64,000 nucleotides of DNA. Origin: a virus. Both the position numbers and the translations under genes were made by a program. This document shows positions 47,464 through 56,322 of the stretch, piece by piece. The notes beneath the pieces were generated by a model, which searched no databases, had not been told where the DNA came from, and saw only the letters and a list, made by a program, of their open reading frames with translations. The stretch covers positions 36,467 through 100,466 of IMG/VR virus record IMGVR_UViG_3300036780_000119; one strand, 5' to 3'. The number at the start of each line of letters is the position of its first letter. Position 1 is the stretch's first letter.

Positions 47464-47946
47464 ATGCCTGACCGCGGGCCGGAGGAGGCCCGGCGGCGCA
47501 TCGAAGCCGACCCGGGGCCCGGCGATGATGCGGCAGTGCTTACCCGGGGCGAGCTCGCGCAGGTGTGGCAGCCGGATGGGTGCCCGGTCGCGCCGGATCA
47601 GCGGGCCGGCTACCGGCATGCGTGCCCAGAGCATCCCCGGCCGCCGGCGTGGTGGCAGCGGTATGTGGCGCGGCTGCTCGGCCACCGGCCGGCACCGCAG
47701 CAGCCGCAGGCGCCGGCCGGTGGCCAGGAGGTGGCGGCGCGGGCGTATGACGTGGCTGTCGATTTGCGGTGTGTGAAGCTGACCCGGCGGCGGGCGCGGC
47801 GGCAGGTACGGCTGCTGTTCGGTGTCATCGATCATCTGCTGAACACGCACATTCCCAGGGGGGATGACGCCGGGGTGTGCCGGCGGTGCGGCAACCCGTG
47901 GCCGTGCAGCGTGGTCGCCGACATCGGCGAGCAGCTCACCCGGTAA
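47464..47946 (+). CDS. Hypothetical protein with C-terminal HxxxxxxxxCxxCxxxWPC zinc motif
   Basis: HIPRGDDAGVCRRCGNPWPC. Confidence 0.6.
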   Translation: MPDRGPEEARRRIEADPGPGDDAAVLTRGELAQVWQPDGCPVAPDQRAGYRHACPEHPRPPAWWQRYVARLLGHRPAPQQPQAPAGGQEVAARAYDVAVDLRCVKLTRRRARRQVRLLFGVIDHLLNTHIPRGDDAGVCRRCGNPWPCSVVADIGEQLTR

Positions 47947-47999
47947 GGCCGGGTGCGGGGTTATGGTTGGCATGGCAAGCGCATGCACCTTGTACAGCG

Positions 48000-48034
48000 G
48001 AAGAGGGAGACCCTCCCAGGCGGTCTCCCTCTTC
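48000..48034. terminator. Hairpin between convergent genes
   Basis: GAAGAGGGAGACC-9 nt-GGTCTCCCTCTTC. Confidence 0.7.
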
Positions 48035-48047
48035 TGCGTGCCCCTGG

Positions 48048-48791
48048 CTAGCTGGTGAGCGGGGCGAGGCCGCGTGCTTTGCGGACTTCGGGAATCTTGT
48101 ACAGGGTGGGGGTGCGGACACCGGTCGCGGTGGCCAGGTCGGCCGTGCTGATAGCGGGGTTGCGTGCCAGTTCGGCGGCGACTTTGGCGCGGGTTTCGCC
48201 GCTGACGCCGCGCACCGGCCGGCCGGTGGCGGCCAGGGTGAGCGCCCTGGCCGCGTCGGGCTCGCCGGCCAGGACGGCGGCTTTCCATGCGCGCCAGGTG
48301 CCGGGGGTGTCGATCAGCCAGCGGGCGGTGCCGAACCGTGGCCGCGGTGGCGGCGGGGCGGCGGCCCGGCCGTCCGCGTGCTGCTGGCTGCGGCGCAGCC
48401 GGTGCAGGATCTGGTGCCACATGACCAGCGCGAGGATGCTGGCCCCAGCCAGGTAGAGGGCGCCGGCGACGGGCAGGCCGGCGGCGCGGGAGCCGAGCCA
48501 GCTGGCCGCTGATGCGGCCAGCACGGCAACGGCGGTCATCAGCCGGGACGTGGGGGCGTGTTCGCCGTGCAGGGTGGCCCACAGGGTGAGGCCGGCGAAG
48601 GTGAGGCCGCCTGCTTCGAGGGCGACGGGGACGGCGGCCCGGTAGCTGCCGGTGAGGTGGATGATGTGCTGGGCGAAGTCGAGCTGGCCGCGGACGGCGA
48701 GTGACTCGATCGCGGCCAGGACGGTGGTGAGGCCGGCGAAGGCGGCGGCTGCGGCGATCGCGGTGCGGTGGGCACTGACGTTAGTAGGCAT
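48048..48791 (-). CDS. DUF2637-like multi-TM protein with C-terminal HTH
   Basis: Four TM helices, VPVALEAGG, PRPRFGTARWLIDT..TWRAW, ISTADLATATGV. Confidence 0.7.
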   Translation of the reverse strand: MPTNVSAHRTAIAAAAAFAGLTTVLAAIESLAVRGQLDFAQHIIHLTGSYRAAVPVALEAGGLTFAGLTLWATLHGEHAPTSRLMTAVAVLAASAASWLGSRAAGLPVAGALYLAGASILALVMWHQILHRLRRSQQHADGRAAAPPPPRPRFGTARWLIDTPGTWRAWKAAVLAGEPDAARALTLAATGRPVRGVSGETRAKVAAELARNPAISTADLATATGVRTPTLYKIPEVRKARGLAPLTS

Positions 48792-48847
48792 GTGCCTAGT
48801 ATCGGGGTGGGTTGCCGTGTTAGTCAAGTGCCTACTATCCTTGCGGG
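48782..48847. promoter_or_regulatory. Divergent leaderless promoters with three operator-like repeats
   Basis: Minus: TTGACT-18-GATACT-6-ATG. Plus: TTGCCG-18-TATCCT-6-ATG. Repeats TAGTAGGCA (48782), GTGCCTAGTA (48792), GTGCCTACTA (48828). Confidence 0.7.
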
Positions 48848-49333
48848 ATGGACCACTGGCAGCCACTTGTGGGGGCGAAGGAGATCGGCGAGATGTTCGG
48901 CGATCTCAGCCGGCAGCGGGTATCGCAGATCGCGGCCGAGCCGGGTTTCCCTGCGCCCGTGGCCATCCTCGCCACCGGCCGGGTATGGGAACGCCACGCC
49001 GTGGCCGCGTGGGCGCGGGAAAATGGCCGCGCCGGGCCCGGCCACGGTACTCCACCCGCCGCAGCGCGCCAGAAAGGACTCGCCCCTGTGGACATCCGCC
49101 ACCTCACCCGCATGCAGATCGCCACCGCACGCGCGGCCACGGACCACCTGATCAGCCTGGGCGCGCATGCCCGCCTGGACGCCGAACTGATCATCAAGCT
49201 GGACACGCTGCGCGCCGACCTCACCGCCGCGCTGGAAGACCACGACCACGCCCAGGCCAGCCGGGCAGCGAATGGGCAACCCGCCACCGGCCCGGCTGTC
49301 CCTGACCCCGGTGGCCCCCCTGGCGTGAGGTAA
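48848..49333 (+). CDS. AlpA/excisionase-like HTH protein
   Basis: LVGAKEIGEMFGDLSRQRVSQI..GFPAPVA..GRVW..V..W. Confidence 0.85.
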   Translation: MDHWQPLVGAKEIGEMFGDLSRQRVSQIAAEPGFPAPVAILATGRVWERHAVAAWARENGRAGPGHGTPPAAARQKGLAPVDIRHLTRMQIATARAATDHLISLGAHARLDAELIIKLDTLRADLTAALEDHDHAQASRAANGQPATGPAVPDPGGPPGVR

Positions 49334-49344
49334 ATCCCACGCAT

Positions 49345-49677
49345 GTGAGTACAGAATCCGGTGAAAATCAGCAAGTAGCTGCGTTGCAGGGCTGGCTAAC
49401 GTCCCGGGGCATGAAGGCAGACAAGGCCACTGGCCACCACGAAGGCACCCTGCACGTTCTCGACCACACCGGCGACACGCCGGTGATGTGGGACACCCGC
49501 AAGCCGGACACCGTCGAGGAGGTGCGGGCGAAGTTCAACGAGCTGATCAAGGCTCAGGGCTGCGCCGCGTTCGCCACCACCCGGCAGGACGAGCGCGGGC
49601 TGACCGGCACCCAGCTGCGCGAGTTCGACCCGGCGGCCGAGCGGATCATCGTCACCCGGCCGCTGCAGGGCGGCTGA
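49345..49677 (+). CDS. Hypothetical protein with C-terminal Gly-Gly
   Basis: LDHTGDT..W..FDPAAERIIVTRPLQGG-stop; start may be ATG 49411. Confidence 0.75.
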   Translation: MSTESGENQQVAALQGWLTSRGMKADKATGHHEGTLHVLDHTGDTPVMWDTRKPDTVEEVRAKFNELIKAQGCAAFATTRQDERGLTGTQLREFDPAAERIIVTRPLQGG

Positions 49678-49758
49678 GCCCCCATTCCTGCCCGTCTCTG
49701 TGATCGCCTGGGCGGCTGGTGGCAGCGTGCCGCCGGCCGCCTGGGCTGGAGGACCGCC

Positions 49759-50193
49759 ATGACGCTGACGATGGAGGAACGCGACGCCGAGCGGCGTCGC
49801 ATGCACCGCGAGTTCATGCGGGCGCAGAAGGCCGCGCCGGCGCGCGCCCGGGAACTGCTGGCGGCGTGCCTGAGCGCGGAGCAGTTCGCCAGCTATGTGG
49901 CGCGCCTCCATTTCGTGGTGACCGCCAGCAGCGGGGAGCAGTGGGAGATCTGGGACGCCGGCGTCTCCGGGAACGTGGTGCGCCGGCCCCGCGACGGCCA
50001 CAAGCATTACGAGCGGTACTGCATCCACCCGCCGTGCGGGGAGTTCCGCGAGTTCCGGTATTACCTCGCCGACGCGGACGCGCACCTGGCGCAGGCGCTC
50101 GCCCTGGCCGCCGGCGAGCGGGCGTTCCTGCGCACCGCGCACATCATGGAACGCACCCCCTATCACCCGTACAACCGCTGGCGGAAGGACTGA
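49759..50193 (+). CDS. Hypothetical protein, paralog of the 50195 N-terminal domain
   Basis: GGAGG RBS; RARELL..SGNV..YCIHP..AHLAQALAL..E..FLRTA. Confidence 0.75.
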   Translation: MTLTMEERDAERRRMHREFMRAQKAAPARARELLAACLSAEQFASYVARLHFVVTASSGEQWEIWDAGVSGNVVRRPRDGHKHYERYCIHPPCGEFREFRYYLADADAHLAQALALAAGERAFLRTAHIMERTPYHPYNRWRKD

Positions 50194-50194
50194 C

Positions 50195-51550
50195 GTGGAC
50201 GAGTACGAGTACCTGACCGGTGCCCAGGTGGGCTACTTCCGGCGGGCGATGGGCCGCGTCTACGATGAGGAGCAGATGCGGGCGGCGCTGCGCGCGCAGG
50301 AGGATGCCGGGCGGGTGCGGGCCGAAGGCAGCAAGCGGGCCACGCAGCTGCTGGAGGCGTGCCTGGGTGCGGCGCAGGTCGCCAGCTACCAGAAGGTGGG
50401 CTATTTCGAGGTGACCGGCAGCCTGGGTGGCCGGTGGCGGATCAGCAACGGGGGCATGTCTGGCAACGTGACCCTCATCACCGCTGCGCAATCGTTTACC
50501 TACTGTGGTTACCCGCGCCCCGGCGGCGAGGGGGAGCTGCCGCAGGCGGACGTGATGCTCGCCCAGGCGCTGCACCTGATCGCCGACGAGGGGCACTTCC
50601 GCCGCACCGCGCTGCACGAGTGGTGGTGCGGTTCCGGCTGCGGCTTCGACGGCTGCCCCGTCTGCACCAGCAGGCACCTGCTGGCCCTTCTAGGAAACCA
50701 GGCCCGGGGTTTATCACCCGGCAGTTGCACGGGCGGGGCCGGCACGCTGCCGTGCATGGCAGACAGTGATGTTCCCCGGCGTGTGGTGGCCGCCGGTGAC
50801 TGGCACGGCAACACCCCGTGGGCGCTGCACGTCATCGCCGTGGCGGCCGGCCTCCTTAAGGACGAGCCGGTGAAGCTGCTGCTGCACTGCGGCGACTTCG
50901 GCATCTGGCCCGGCGTGCGTGGCCGCGACTACCTGTTCCAGGTGTCGGCGGCCCTGGACCAGGCGGGGGCCCGGCTGTGGTTCGTGGACGGCAACCACGA
51001 AGACCATGACATGCTCGCCGGCCTGGGCCGGCGTGACGGGCTGCCGGTGCCGGCCGGGCCGGGCGTGGCGGGGCTGGAGGCGCGTGTTTTCTGGCTGCCC
51101 CGCGGTCACCGCTGGACGTGGCACGGCCGGACCTGGCTGGCGTGTGGTGGTGGCGTGTCGCTGGACAGGGCGGTCCGCACCGAAGGGGAAAACTGGTGGC
51201 CTGCCGAGGAGATCACCGGTGAGCAGGAGCAGGCGGTGACCGCGGCCGGGCGGGCGGACGTGATGCTCACCCACGACTGCCCGGCGGGCGTGACGCATAT
51301 CTTCCCCGGCCGGCCGGCCTGGTGGGATGAGGCCGACGTGACCCGGTCACAAGCGCACGAGGAGCGGCTGCAGCGGATCGTGGACGCCGTCCAGCCCCGG
51401 CACATCATCCACGGGCATCTGCACCGGGTGTATGGGCGGACGTGTGACTTCGGGTATGGGCCGGTGCGGGTGACCGGGCTGGGCGCTGACGGTGCCCCGG
51501 GGAATTATGTGCTGCTGGACACCGTGGCGATGCGGTCACTGCTGCGGTGA
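50195..51550 (+). CDS. Paralog domain in frame with a calcineurin-like metallophosphoesterase (probable internal start ATG 50756)
   Basis: GDWHGN, CGDFG, DGNHED, THD and HGHLH motifs in the C-terminal 264 aa. Confidence 0.85.
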   Translation: MDEYEYLTGAQVGYFRRAMGRVYDEEQMRAALRAQEDAGRVRAEGSKRATQLLEACLGAAQVASYQKVGYFEVTGSLGGRWRISNGGMSGNVTLITAAQSFTYCGYPRPGGEGELPQADVMLAQALHLIADEGHFRRTALHEWWCGSGCGFDGCPVCTSRHLLALLGNQARGLSPGSCTGGAGTLPCMADSDVPRRVVAAGDWHGNTPWALHVIAVAAGLLKDEPVKLLLHCGDFGIWPGVRGRDYLFQVSAALDQAGARLWFVDGNHEDHDMLAGLGRRDGLPVPAGPGVAGLEARVFWLPRGHRWTWHGRTWLACGGGVSLDRAVRTEGENWWPAEEITGEQEQAVTAAGRADVMLTHDCPAGVTHIFPGRPAWWDEADVTRSQAHEERLQRIVDAVQPRHIIHGHLHRVYGRTCDFGYGPVRVTGLGADGAPGNYVLLDTVAMRSLLR

Positions 51551-51735
51551 GCACCGTGGGTGAGGCCGGCTGGGTGGTGCGGGCCGGCGCGGGCGGGCCC
51601 GCGTACCTGTTCGCGTCGCAGCGGGCCGCGCGGGTGTGGGCGGCCCGGCATCCGCGGGCGACCACGTTCCTGTTCCCGGTGTTCACCCCGCCGGATGTGG
51701 CGGGGGCCACGCCCGAAGACGCAGCCCCCGCCTGA
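51547..51735 (+). CDS. Small hypothetical protein
   Basis: GTGA coupling. Confidence 0.5.
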   Translation: MSTVGEAGWVVRAGAGGPAYLFASQRAARVWAARHPRATTFLFPVFTPPDVAGATPEDAAPA

Positions 51736-51777
51736 ACACCCCTGTTACCCCGCTGCCCAGTATAGGCAGGGGCGCGG

Positions 51778-52458
51778 TCAGCCCCGCAGCGCGGTCAGGG
51801 CCCGCAGCAGATGCCGCGCCGCAGAGCTGGCCGTTGTGCCGAGGGGGGGCAGCGGCAGGCTGGTGGGCAGCAGTCCGCCGATCGGGGCGGGCAGTGAGGG
51901 CAGCGGCAGGCTGGTGGGCAGCAGTCCGCCGGGCAGCAGCGGCGGCGGGGACGCCCGTGGCGGCGCGGATGGCGGCACGGGCGGGCTGGGCTGCGGCTGG
52001 TGGCGGGGCAGGCTGCGGCTGGTGTGCGTGTCGGTGGCCGGCCGGCGGCCCTGGTGGGCTGCCGGGATGGCTGCGGGTGCCGCGCTGCCTGTGGCGGGGT
52101 GCTGGTGGTGGCTGTGGTGCTGCGGCGGGGTGGTGGTGATGGCCACGCCGGCGGCTATGGCGGTGGTGCCCGCCGCGGCGAGCGCGACGGCTCCCCCGGT
52201 GTGTATTTTCAGTCCGGTGAGCAGCCGCCGGGCCAGGGTGGCCCCGGGCAGCAGCAGGAATGGCCTGCCGCGGTGCCCGGCGGGGGGGCGGTCGTCTCTG
52301 GCTTTCTGCCGGGCGCGCAGGATGGCCGCGGTGCGGCGCACCCGGCCGAGTTCCTCGTTGACCTCGATGACCAGCTCGTGGCGGCTGGCCCACGTGGTGC
52401 GTGATTCCAGATCCCCGGGCAGCGGGACGTAGAGGATCCGGTCGGTTACGCCCCACAT
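51778..52458 (-). CDS. Membrane-anchored protein with His/Pro-rich tail
   Basis: Central TM segment; 34-bp direct repeat (51847-51880, 51898-51931) encodes GGLLPTSLPLP twice. Confidence 0.65.
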   Translation of the reverse strand: MWGVTDRILYVPLPGDLESRTTWASRHELVIEVNEELGRVRRTAAILRARQKARDDRPPAGHRGRPFLLLPGATLARRLLTGLKIHTGGAVALAAAGTTAIAAGVAITTTPPQHHSHHQHPATGSAAPAAIPAAHQGRRPATDTHTSRSLPRHQPQPSPPVPPSAPPRASPPPLLPGGLLPTSLPLPSLPAPIGGLLPTSLPLPPLGTTASSAARHLLRALTALRG

Positions 52459-52784
52459 GGGCGGGCGAGCAGGGCGGCGTAGACGGCGTCGGGGTGGGCG
52501 TGCGGGTACTGGTCGGTGTCTACCTCGATGCGTTCCATGTGGCCGCCGACCTTGATGAGGACGTCGATCACGCCGTTGCCGGGTGGCACGCAGAACGCTT
52601 CCAGGAGTGCCTGCGGTGCTGGTGGTGTGGCGCCGCCAGCTTCGGCGGCGGCGCGGAATACCGGTGCGATGGCGTCTCGCATTTCCAGGAGTTCCCCGAC
52701 GTTGCTTTCCAGCTCGGCGAGCCGGCGCGGGAAGTCGCCGATGTGGACGACATTGTCCCCTCCTGTACCCGGTGGCTCATGCAT
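52446..52784 (-). CDS. Hypothetical protein (repressor-side operon)
   Basis: GGAGGGG RBS; MHEPP..NVVHIGDF. Confidence 0.65.
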   Translation of the reverse strand: MHEPPGTGGDNVVHIGDFPRRLAELESNVGELLEMRDAIAPVFRAAAEAGGATPPAPQALLEAFCVPPGNGVIDVLIKVGGHMERIEVDTDQYPHAHPDAVYAALLARPCGA

Positions 52785-52968
52785 CACCCCGGACCCCTCC
52801 TCCCCCCTGGCTGTTCCGCCAGCCTTGGGGTGCTTCTGAGTTTGTTGCACAGTGCTAACAGCAACGGGACGATACCGCAAGCACAGGATCTATCGCAATG
52901 CGTGAGATTAATCGTTATTAACTGGGCTTCCCGGTAACCCTGTTGCTGGTGTGGCGCGCCCGGGGTGG

Positions 52969-53400
52969 TTACGCGCTGTGCGCGTCCCGGGCTGCGGGGG
53001 GCGCGTAGACGGTGCTGGAGAACACGCCCGCCAGCCGGTCCCGCTCGGCGGCCGGCAGGGTGGCGATCCAGGCGGCGAGGCCGCGCACCAGGTTCTCCCT
53101 CTCGCTGCCCACCGCAGCGGGGCTGGCGGGCTGCGGCTGGGTGCCTGCGGGCTGCGGCTCGATGCCGTTGCGGTAGAGGTTCTCGCTGCTGCCGGTGGCC
53201 CAGCGGAGCACGATGTCCAGGCGGTTCAGTGTGCCGGCCCGGGGGGGCGCCCCGGTGGCTGTCTCGATCTGCCGCAGGGTGTTGCGGCTGGGGCCCCCTA
53301 GCCGTTCGACGTCGCGGGGGGAGTAGCCGAGCTCGAGGCGGCGGCTGATGACGGCGGTGGCGAGCCGGGCGGCGGCTGCGGGACGGTCAGGGGGGGCCAT
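52969..53400 (-). CDS. Immunity repressor-like HTH protein
   Basis: RLATAVISRRLELGYS..GGPSRNTLRQIE..TLNRLDIVLRWATGS; divergent from the Cro-like gene. Confidence 0.8.
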   Translation of the reverse strand: MAPPDRPAAAARLATAVISRRLELGYSPRDVERLGGPSRNTLRQIETATGAPPRAGTLNRLDIVLRWATGSSENLYRNGIEPQPAGTQPQPASPAAVGSERENLVRGLAAWIATLPAAERDRLAGVFSSTVYAPPAARDAHSA

Positions 53401-53535
53401 GGCCTCCATCATGCCGCGCAACTTCGCACAAGTCCACGCCTGTAACCAGCTTGTCAGCAACTTTTTCGTGCTCAACTCATCTCATCTTGTGGCTCAGCTT
53501 GCGCAACTGCGTTCAACTGCGCCAGGATTCTGGGC
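53401..53535. promoter_or_regulatory. Lysis-lysogeny switch region
   Basis: Minus: TGGACT-17-CATGAT-7-ATG(53400). Plus: TTGCGC-18-CAGGAT-7-ATG(53536). Five CAACT cores in 135 bp. Confidence 0.6.
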
Positions 53536-53832
53536 ATGCCGACCCGCAAACAGCCCGTCTTCGGCCCGCTCGTCCCGCTGCGTGAAGTGCGCACCGCCCA
53601 CGGGCTCACCCTCAAAGAACTCGCCGACCGCATCGAGCACCTGTCCGGCAAACGCCCCGACGAGGGCACCCTGTCCAACGTCGAGACGGGCAAGCAGTTC
53701 GCCTCCCAGGCGCTCATCATCTCCTGGTGCCGGGCGCTGCGGATGAACCCCATAGACGTGCTGCAGGAGCCAGAACTGCGCGGCATCCTGGCCGCCAGCC
53801 ACCCGGCGCTGCGGGACCGCGGTGCGGCATGA
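53536..53832 (+). CDS. Cro-like XRE HTH protein
   Basis: LREVRTAHGLTLKELADRI..TLSNVETG. Confidence 0.85.
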   Translation: MPTRKQPVFGPLVPLREVRTAHGLTLKELADRIEHLSGKRPDEGTLSNVETGKQFASQALIISWCRALRMNPIDVLQEPELRGILAASHPALRDRGAA

Positions 53833-54530
53833 CCACCCCCGCTGCCACCGGCGAAGCCGAAGCCGAGCTCACCGGCCGTCTCGCGCAGGCCCAGGCCCGG
53901 TTCGGCCAGGCCACCACCGCCGGTGACGGCGGTGACATCGCCGTCCTGCTGGAGGTCAAAAAGGCCGCCGAGGCCGTCCGCAGCGGCGCCTGGCACCTCA
54001 GCGGCGCGCTGCGGCTGGACGCCGAGGAGCTGACCCGCCGCACCGAACGGGCGCTGGCGCTCGCCGTGCGCGCCGGCCAGCGGTCCGGCACGGTCCGGCT
54101 GCGGGGCGAATCCGGGTCCACCGGCAAGCTGGGCTCCCGGGACCTGATCGGCGGCGGCGGCACCCTGACCGAGACATACCGGCTCGCCGACGGGGTCAGT
54201 GACGCCAGGTTTGAGCGGGCGCTGGCCGCCGCGCGGGCCGAGGAGAACCTGTCCCGGCGCGGTGTGGTCCGCAAACTGCGCGGCAGCATCTCCCGGCCCA
54301 ATGGGCGGCCACCGGCCGGCCGGGCCAGCCCGGGGCCGCTGCCCGACTATGCCCGCGACAGTGCGTGGCAGCTGCGGCGCGCCGTCGAACGGTGTGAGCG
54401 GATTTTCGCCGATGACCGGTTCGACGGCTCAAAAGCGCAGGTGACTGCGCATCTGCACAGTCACCTGCGGTATGCGGCCCAGGTTTGCCAAGACCTGCTG
54501 GGCCGCCTCGAACAACAGACAGGAGCTTAA
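53829..54530 (+). CDS. Hypothetical protein, paralog of 55394-55942
   Basis: RRTERALALAVRAGQ..YRLADGVSDARFERALAAARAEENLSR. Confidence 0.75.
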   Translation: MTTPAATGEAEAELTGRLAQAQARFGQATTAGDGGDIAVLLEVKKAAEAVRSGAWHLSGALRLDAEELTRRTERALALAVRAGQRSGTVRLRGESGSTGKLGSRDLIGGGGTLTETYRLADGVSDARFERALAAARAEENLSRRGVVRKLRGSISRPNGRPPAGRASPGPLPDYARDSAWQLRRAVERCERIFADDRFDGSKAQVTAHLHSHLRYAAQVCQDLLGRLEQQTGA

Positions 54531-54533
54531 CAG

Positions 54534-55397
54534 ATGCCCTCCAAGACTGCCGTCCCGGCGGCCACTGCGGTGGCCACGTCCGCGGACGGCAAGATAACCG
54601 CCAGGTTCGTGCTCGTCACCCCCGAGATGGCCCGCGAATGGCTGTCCGGGAACACCCACAACCGGCACCTGCGGCCCCGCCGGATCGGCCCGCTGGTCGC
54701 CGACATGACCACCGGCAGCTACGTGCTCAACGGTGAGACTGTCAAGCGGTCCACCGACGGGACGCTGCTGGACGGGCAGCACCGGCTCGCCGCGATCGCC
54801 GAATCGGGCACCGCGCAGGAACTGCTCGTGGTCGAAGGACTCGACGCGCCCGCGCAGGAAACCACCGACATCGGCATCAAACGCAACTTTTCCGACGTGC
54901 TCGCGCTGCGTGGGGAGAAGGACGCGTTCACCCTGGCGGCGATCTGCCGGCGGGTCACCATCTGGGAGGCGGGAGGCCGCGCCTACACCGGCGCCGGGAA
55001 CTTCACGCCCACCCCGGCGCAGATGCTCGGCACGCTGCACCGCTACCCGGGGCTGCGGTCGGTGACCCGGTGGGCGATGAACGTGACGGCGCACTGTGAC
55101 CTGCCCGCCTCCCACATCGGGCTGGGAATCTGGCTGTTCGCGCAGCTGGACGAGGAGGACTGTGAGTTCTTCTTCGCCCGTCTCGCCGACGGGCAGAACA
55201 TGGCCAAGGGCGACCCGGTCTATGAGCTGCGCAGGGCGCTGGCCGAGGCGCGGAACGTGCGGGGCCGGCGGTCAGAAACCTACCTGACCGCGATCCTGAT
55301 CAAGGCGTGGAACGCCTACCGGGCCGGCAGCAAGCTCGCGTTCCTGACGTTCAAGCCGGGTGGTGCCCGGCCCGAGGCGTTCCCGGAGCCACAGTGA
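54534..55397 (+). CDS. ParB-like protein
   Basis: VTPEMAREWL..NTHNR..NGET..LLDGQHRLAAI. Confidence 0.8.
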   Translation: MPSKTAVPAATAVATSADGKITARFVLVTPEMAREWLSGNTHNRHLRPRRIGPLVADMTTGSYVLNGETVKRSTDGTLLDGQHRLAAIAESGTAQELLVVEGLDAPAQETTDIGIKRNFSDVLALRGEKDAFTLAAICRRVTIWEAGGRAYTGAGNFTPTPAQMLGTLHRYPGLRSVTRWAMNVTAHCDLPASHIGLGIWLFAQLDEEDCEFFFARLADGQNMAKGDPVYELRRALAEARNVRGRRSETYLTAILIKAWNAYRAGSKLAFLTFKPGGARPEAFPEPQ

Positions 55398-55942
55398 CCG
55401 CCGGGCTGGCGCGCTGCGCCGCCGACCCCCGCGGTTACGCCGCCGCCGCGGCGGAAGGCCTCGCCGACGCGCTCGGCGACGGCGACATCCGGCAGGTGCT
55501 GGCGATCCGCTCCGACGCCGAAACGGTGCGCGTGCGGGCGGGGAAGCTGACCCGCGACATGCAGCTCGCCGCGGCCGAGGTGTGCCGCCGCGCCGAACGG
55601 TGCGCCGGGCTGCTGCTGCGCTCGGGGCAGCAGGCCGGGCAGATCCGGCGGCCCGGGATGCGCCCGGCCACCCGCGGCGGCTATGACCGGGTGCGCCGTG
55701 GCCGGTTTGAGCGGGTCGCCGCCGACGGGAAAGGCCGCCGCAGCAGCGGCGCCGCTGCGGTGCCGGTGTCCCCGCAGGCGTGGGTGTCCAAGGAAGACCT
55801 GTCGGCCAACTCCACCGGCATCTACGCGCTGACCGACGGGGTGACCGACGAGGTGTTTGAGAAGGCCCTCGCCGCTGCCCGCGCGGACGGGCGGCTGACC
55901 CGCGCCAACCTGGTCCGCCGCATCCGGCAGGCCACGCCATGA
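55394..55942 (+). CDS. Hypothetical protein, paralog of 53829-54530
   Basis: RRAERCAGLLLRSGQ..YALTDGVTDEVFEKALAAARADGRLTR. Confidence 0.75.
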   Translation: MTAGLARCAADPRGYAAAAAEGLADALGDGDIRQVLAIRSDAETVRVRAGKLTRDMQLAAAEVCRRAERCAGLLLRSGQQAGQIRRPGMRPATRGGYDRVRRGRFERVAADGKGRRSSGAAAVPVSPQAWVSKEDLSANSTGIYALTDGVTDEVFEKALAAARADGRLTRANLVRRIRQATP

Positions 55943-56322
55943 CCACCCAGAAGGAGGAGACCCCCGTGGACAGCGGCCACGCACGCGGTGCCCTGGCGGC
56001 ACTGGCCGGTTTCCTCGCGGGCAACACCGCGTGCCTGCGGACCGTCTGCGACACGCCCGGCTGCGGGGAAGTGTTCGAGGGCAGCCCGTACCTGGCGGTG
56101 GACGCGGGATGGCGGCACGACCCGACCCGGCTGTTCCGCTGCCCCGGCTGCACCGCCGCCGGCTGGCCGGGCATGCTCACCCCCGCCGTCAAGATTCCCG
56201 CCAGCCTGTACAAGGCGTGGGCTGGCGGGGACGCCAGCAAACTCACCACCTGGCTGGACCGCAAGTTCGGGCCACTGCCCGCAGCTGATGCCACCGGGGG
56301 GGAGCAGCCCGGTGACCGGTAG
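55939..56322 (+). CDS. Zinc-finger hypothetical protein
   Basis: CDTPGC..AGW..CPGC. Confidence 0.7.
   Translation: MTTQKEETPVDSGHARGALAALAGFLAGNTACLRTVCDTPGCGEVFEGSPYLAVDAGWRHDPTRLFRCPGCTAAGWPGMLTPAVKIPASLYKAWAGGDASKLTTWLDRKFGPLPAADATGGEQPGDR

Noticed and set aside
55970-56010. Extra TIGR unit (CCA-CGCACGCGG-TG)
   Set aside because: The second CCA box and closing stem are absent.
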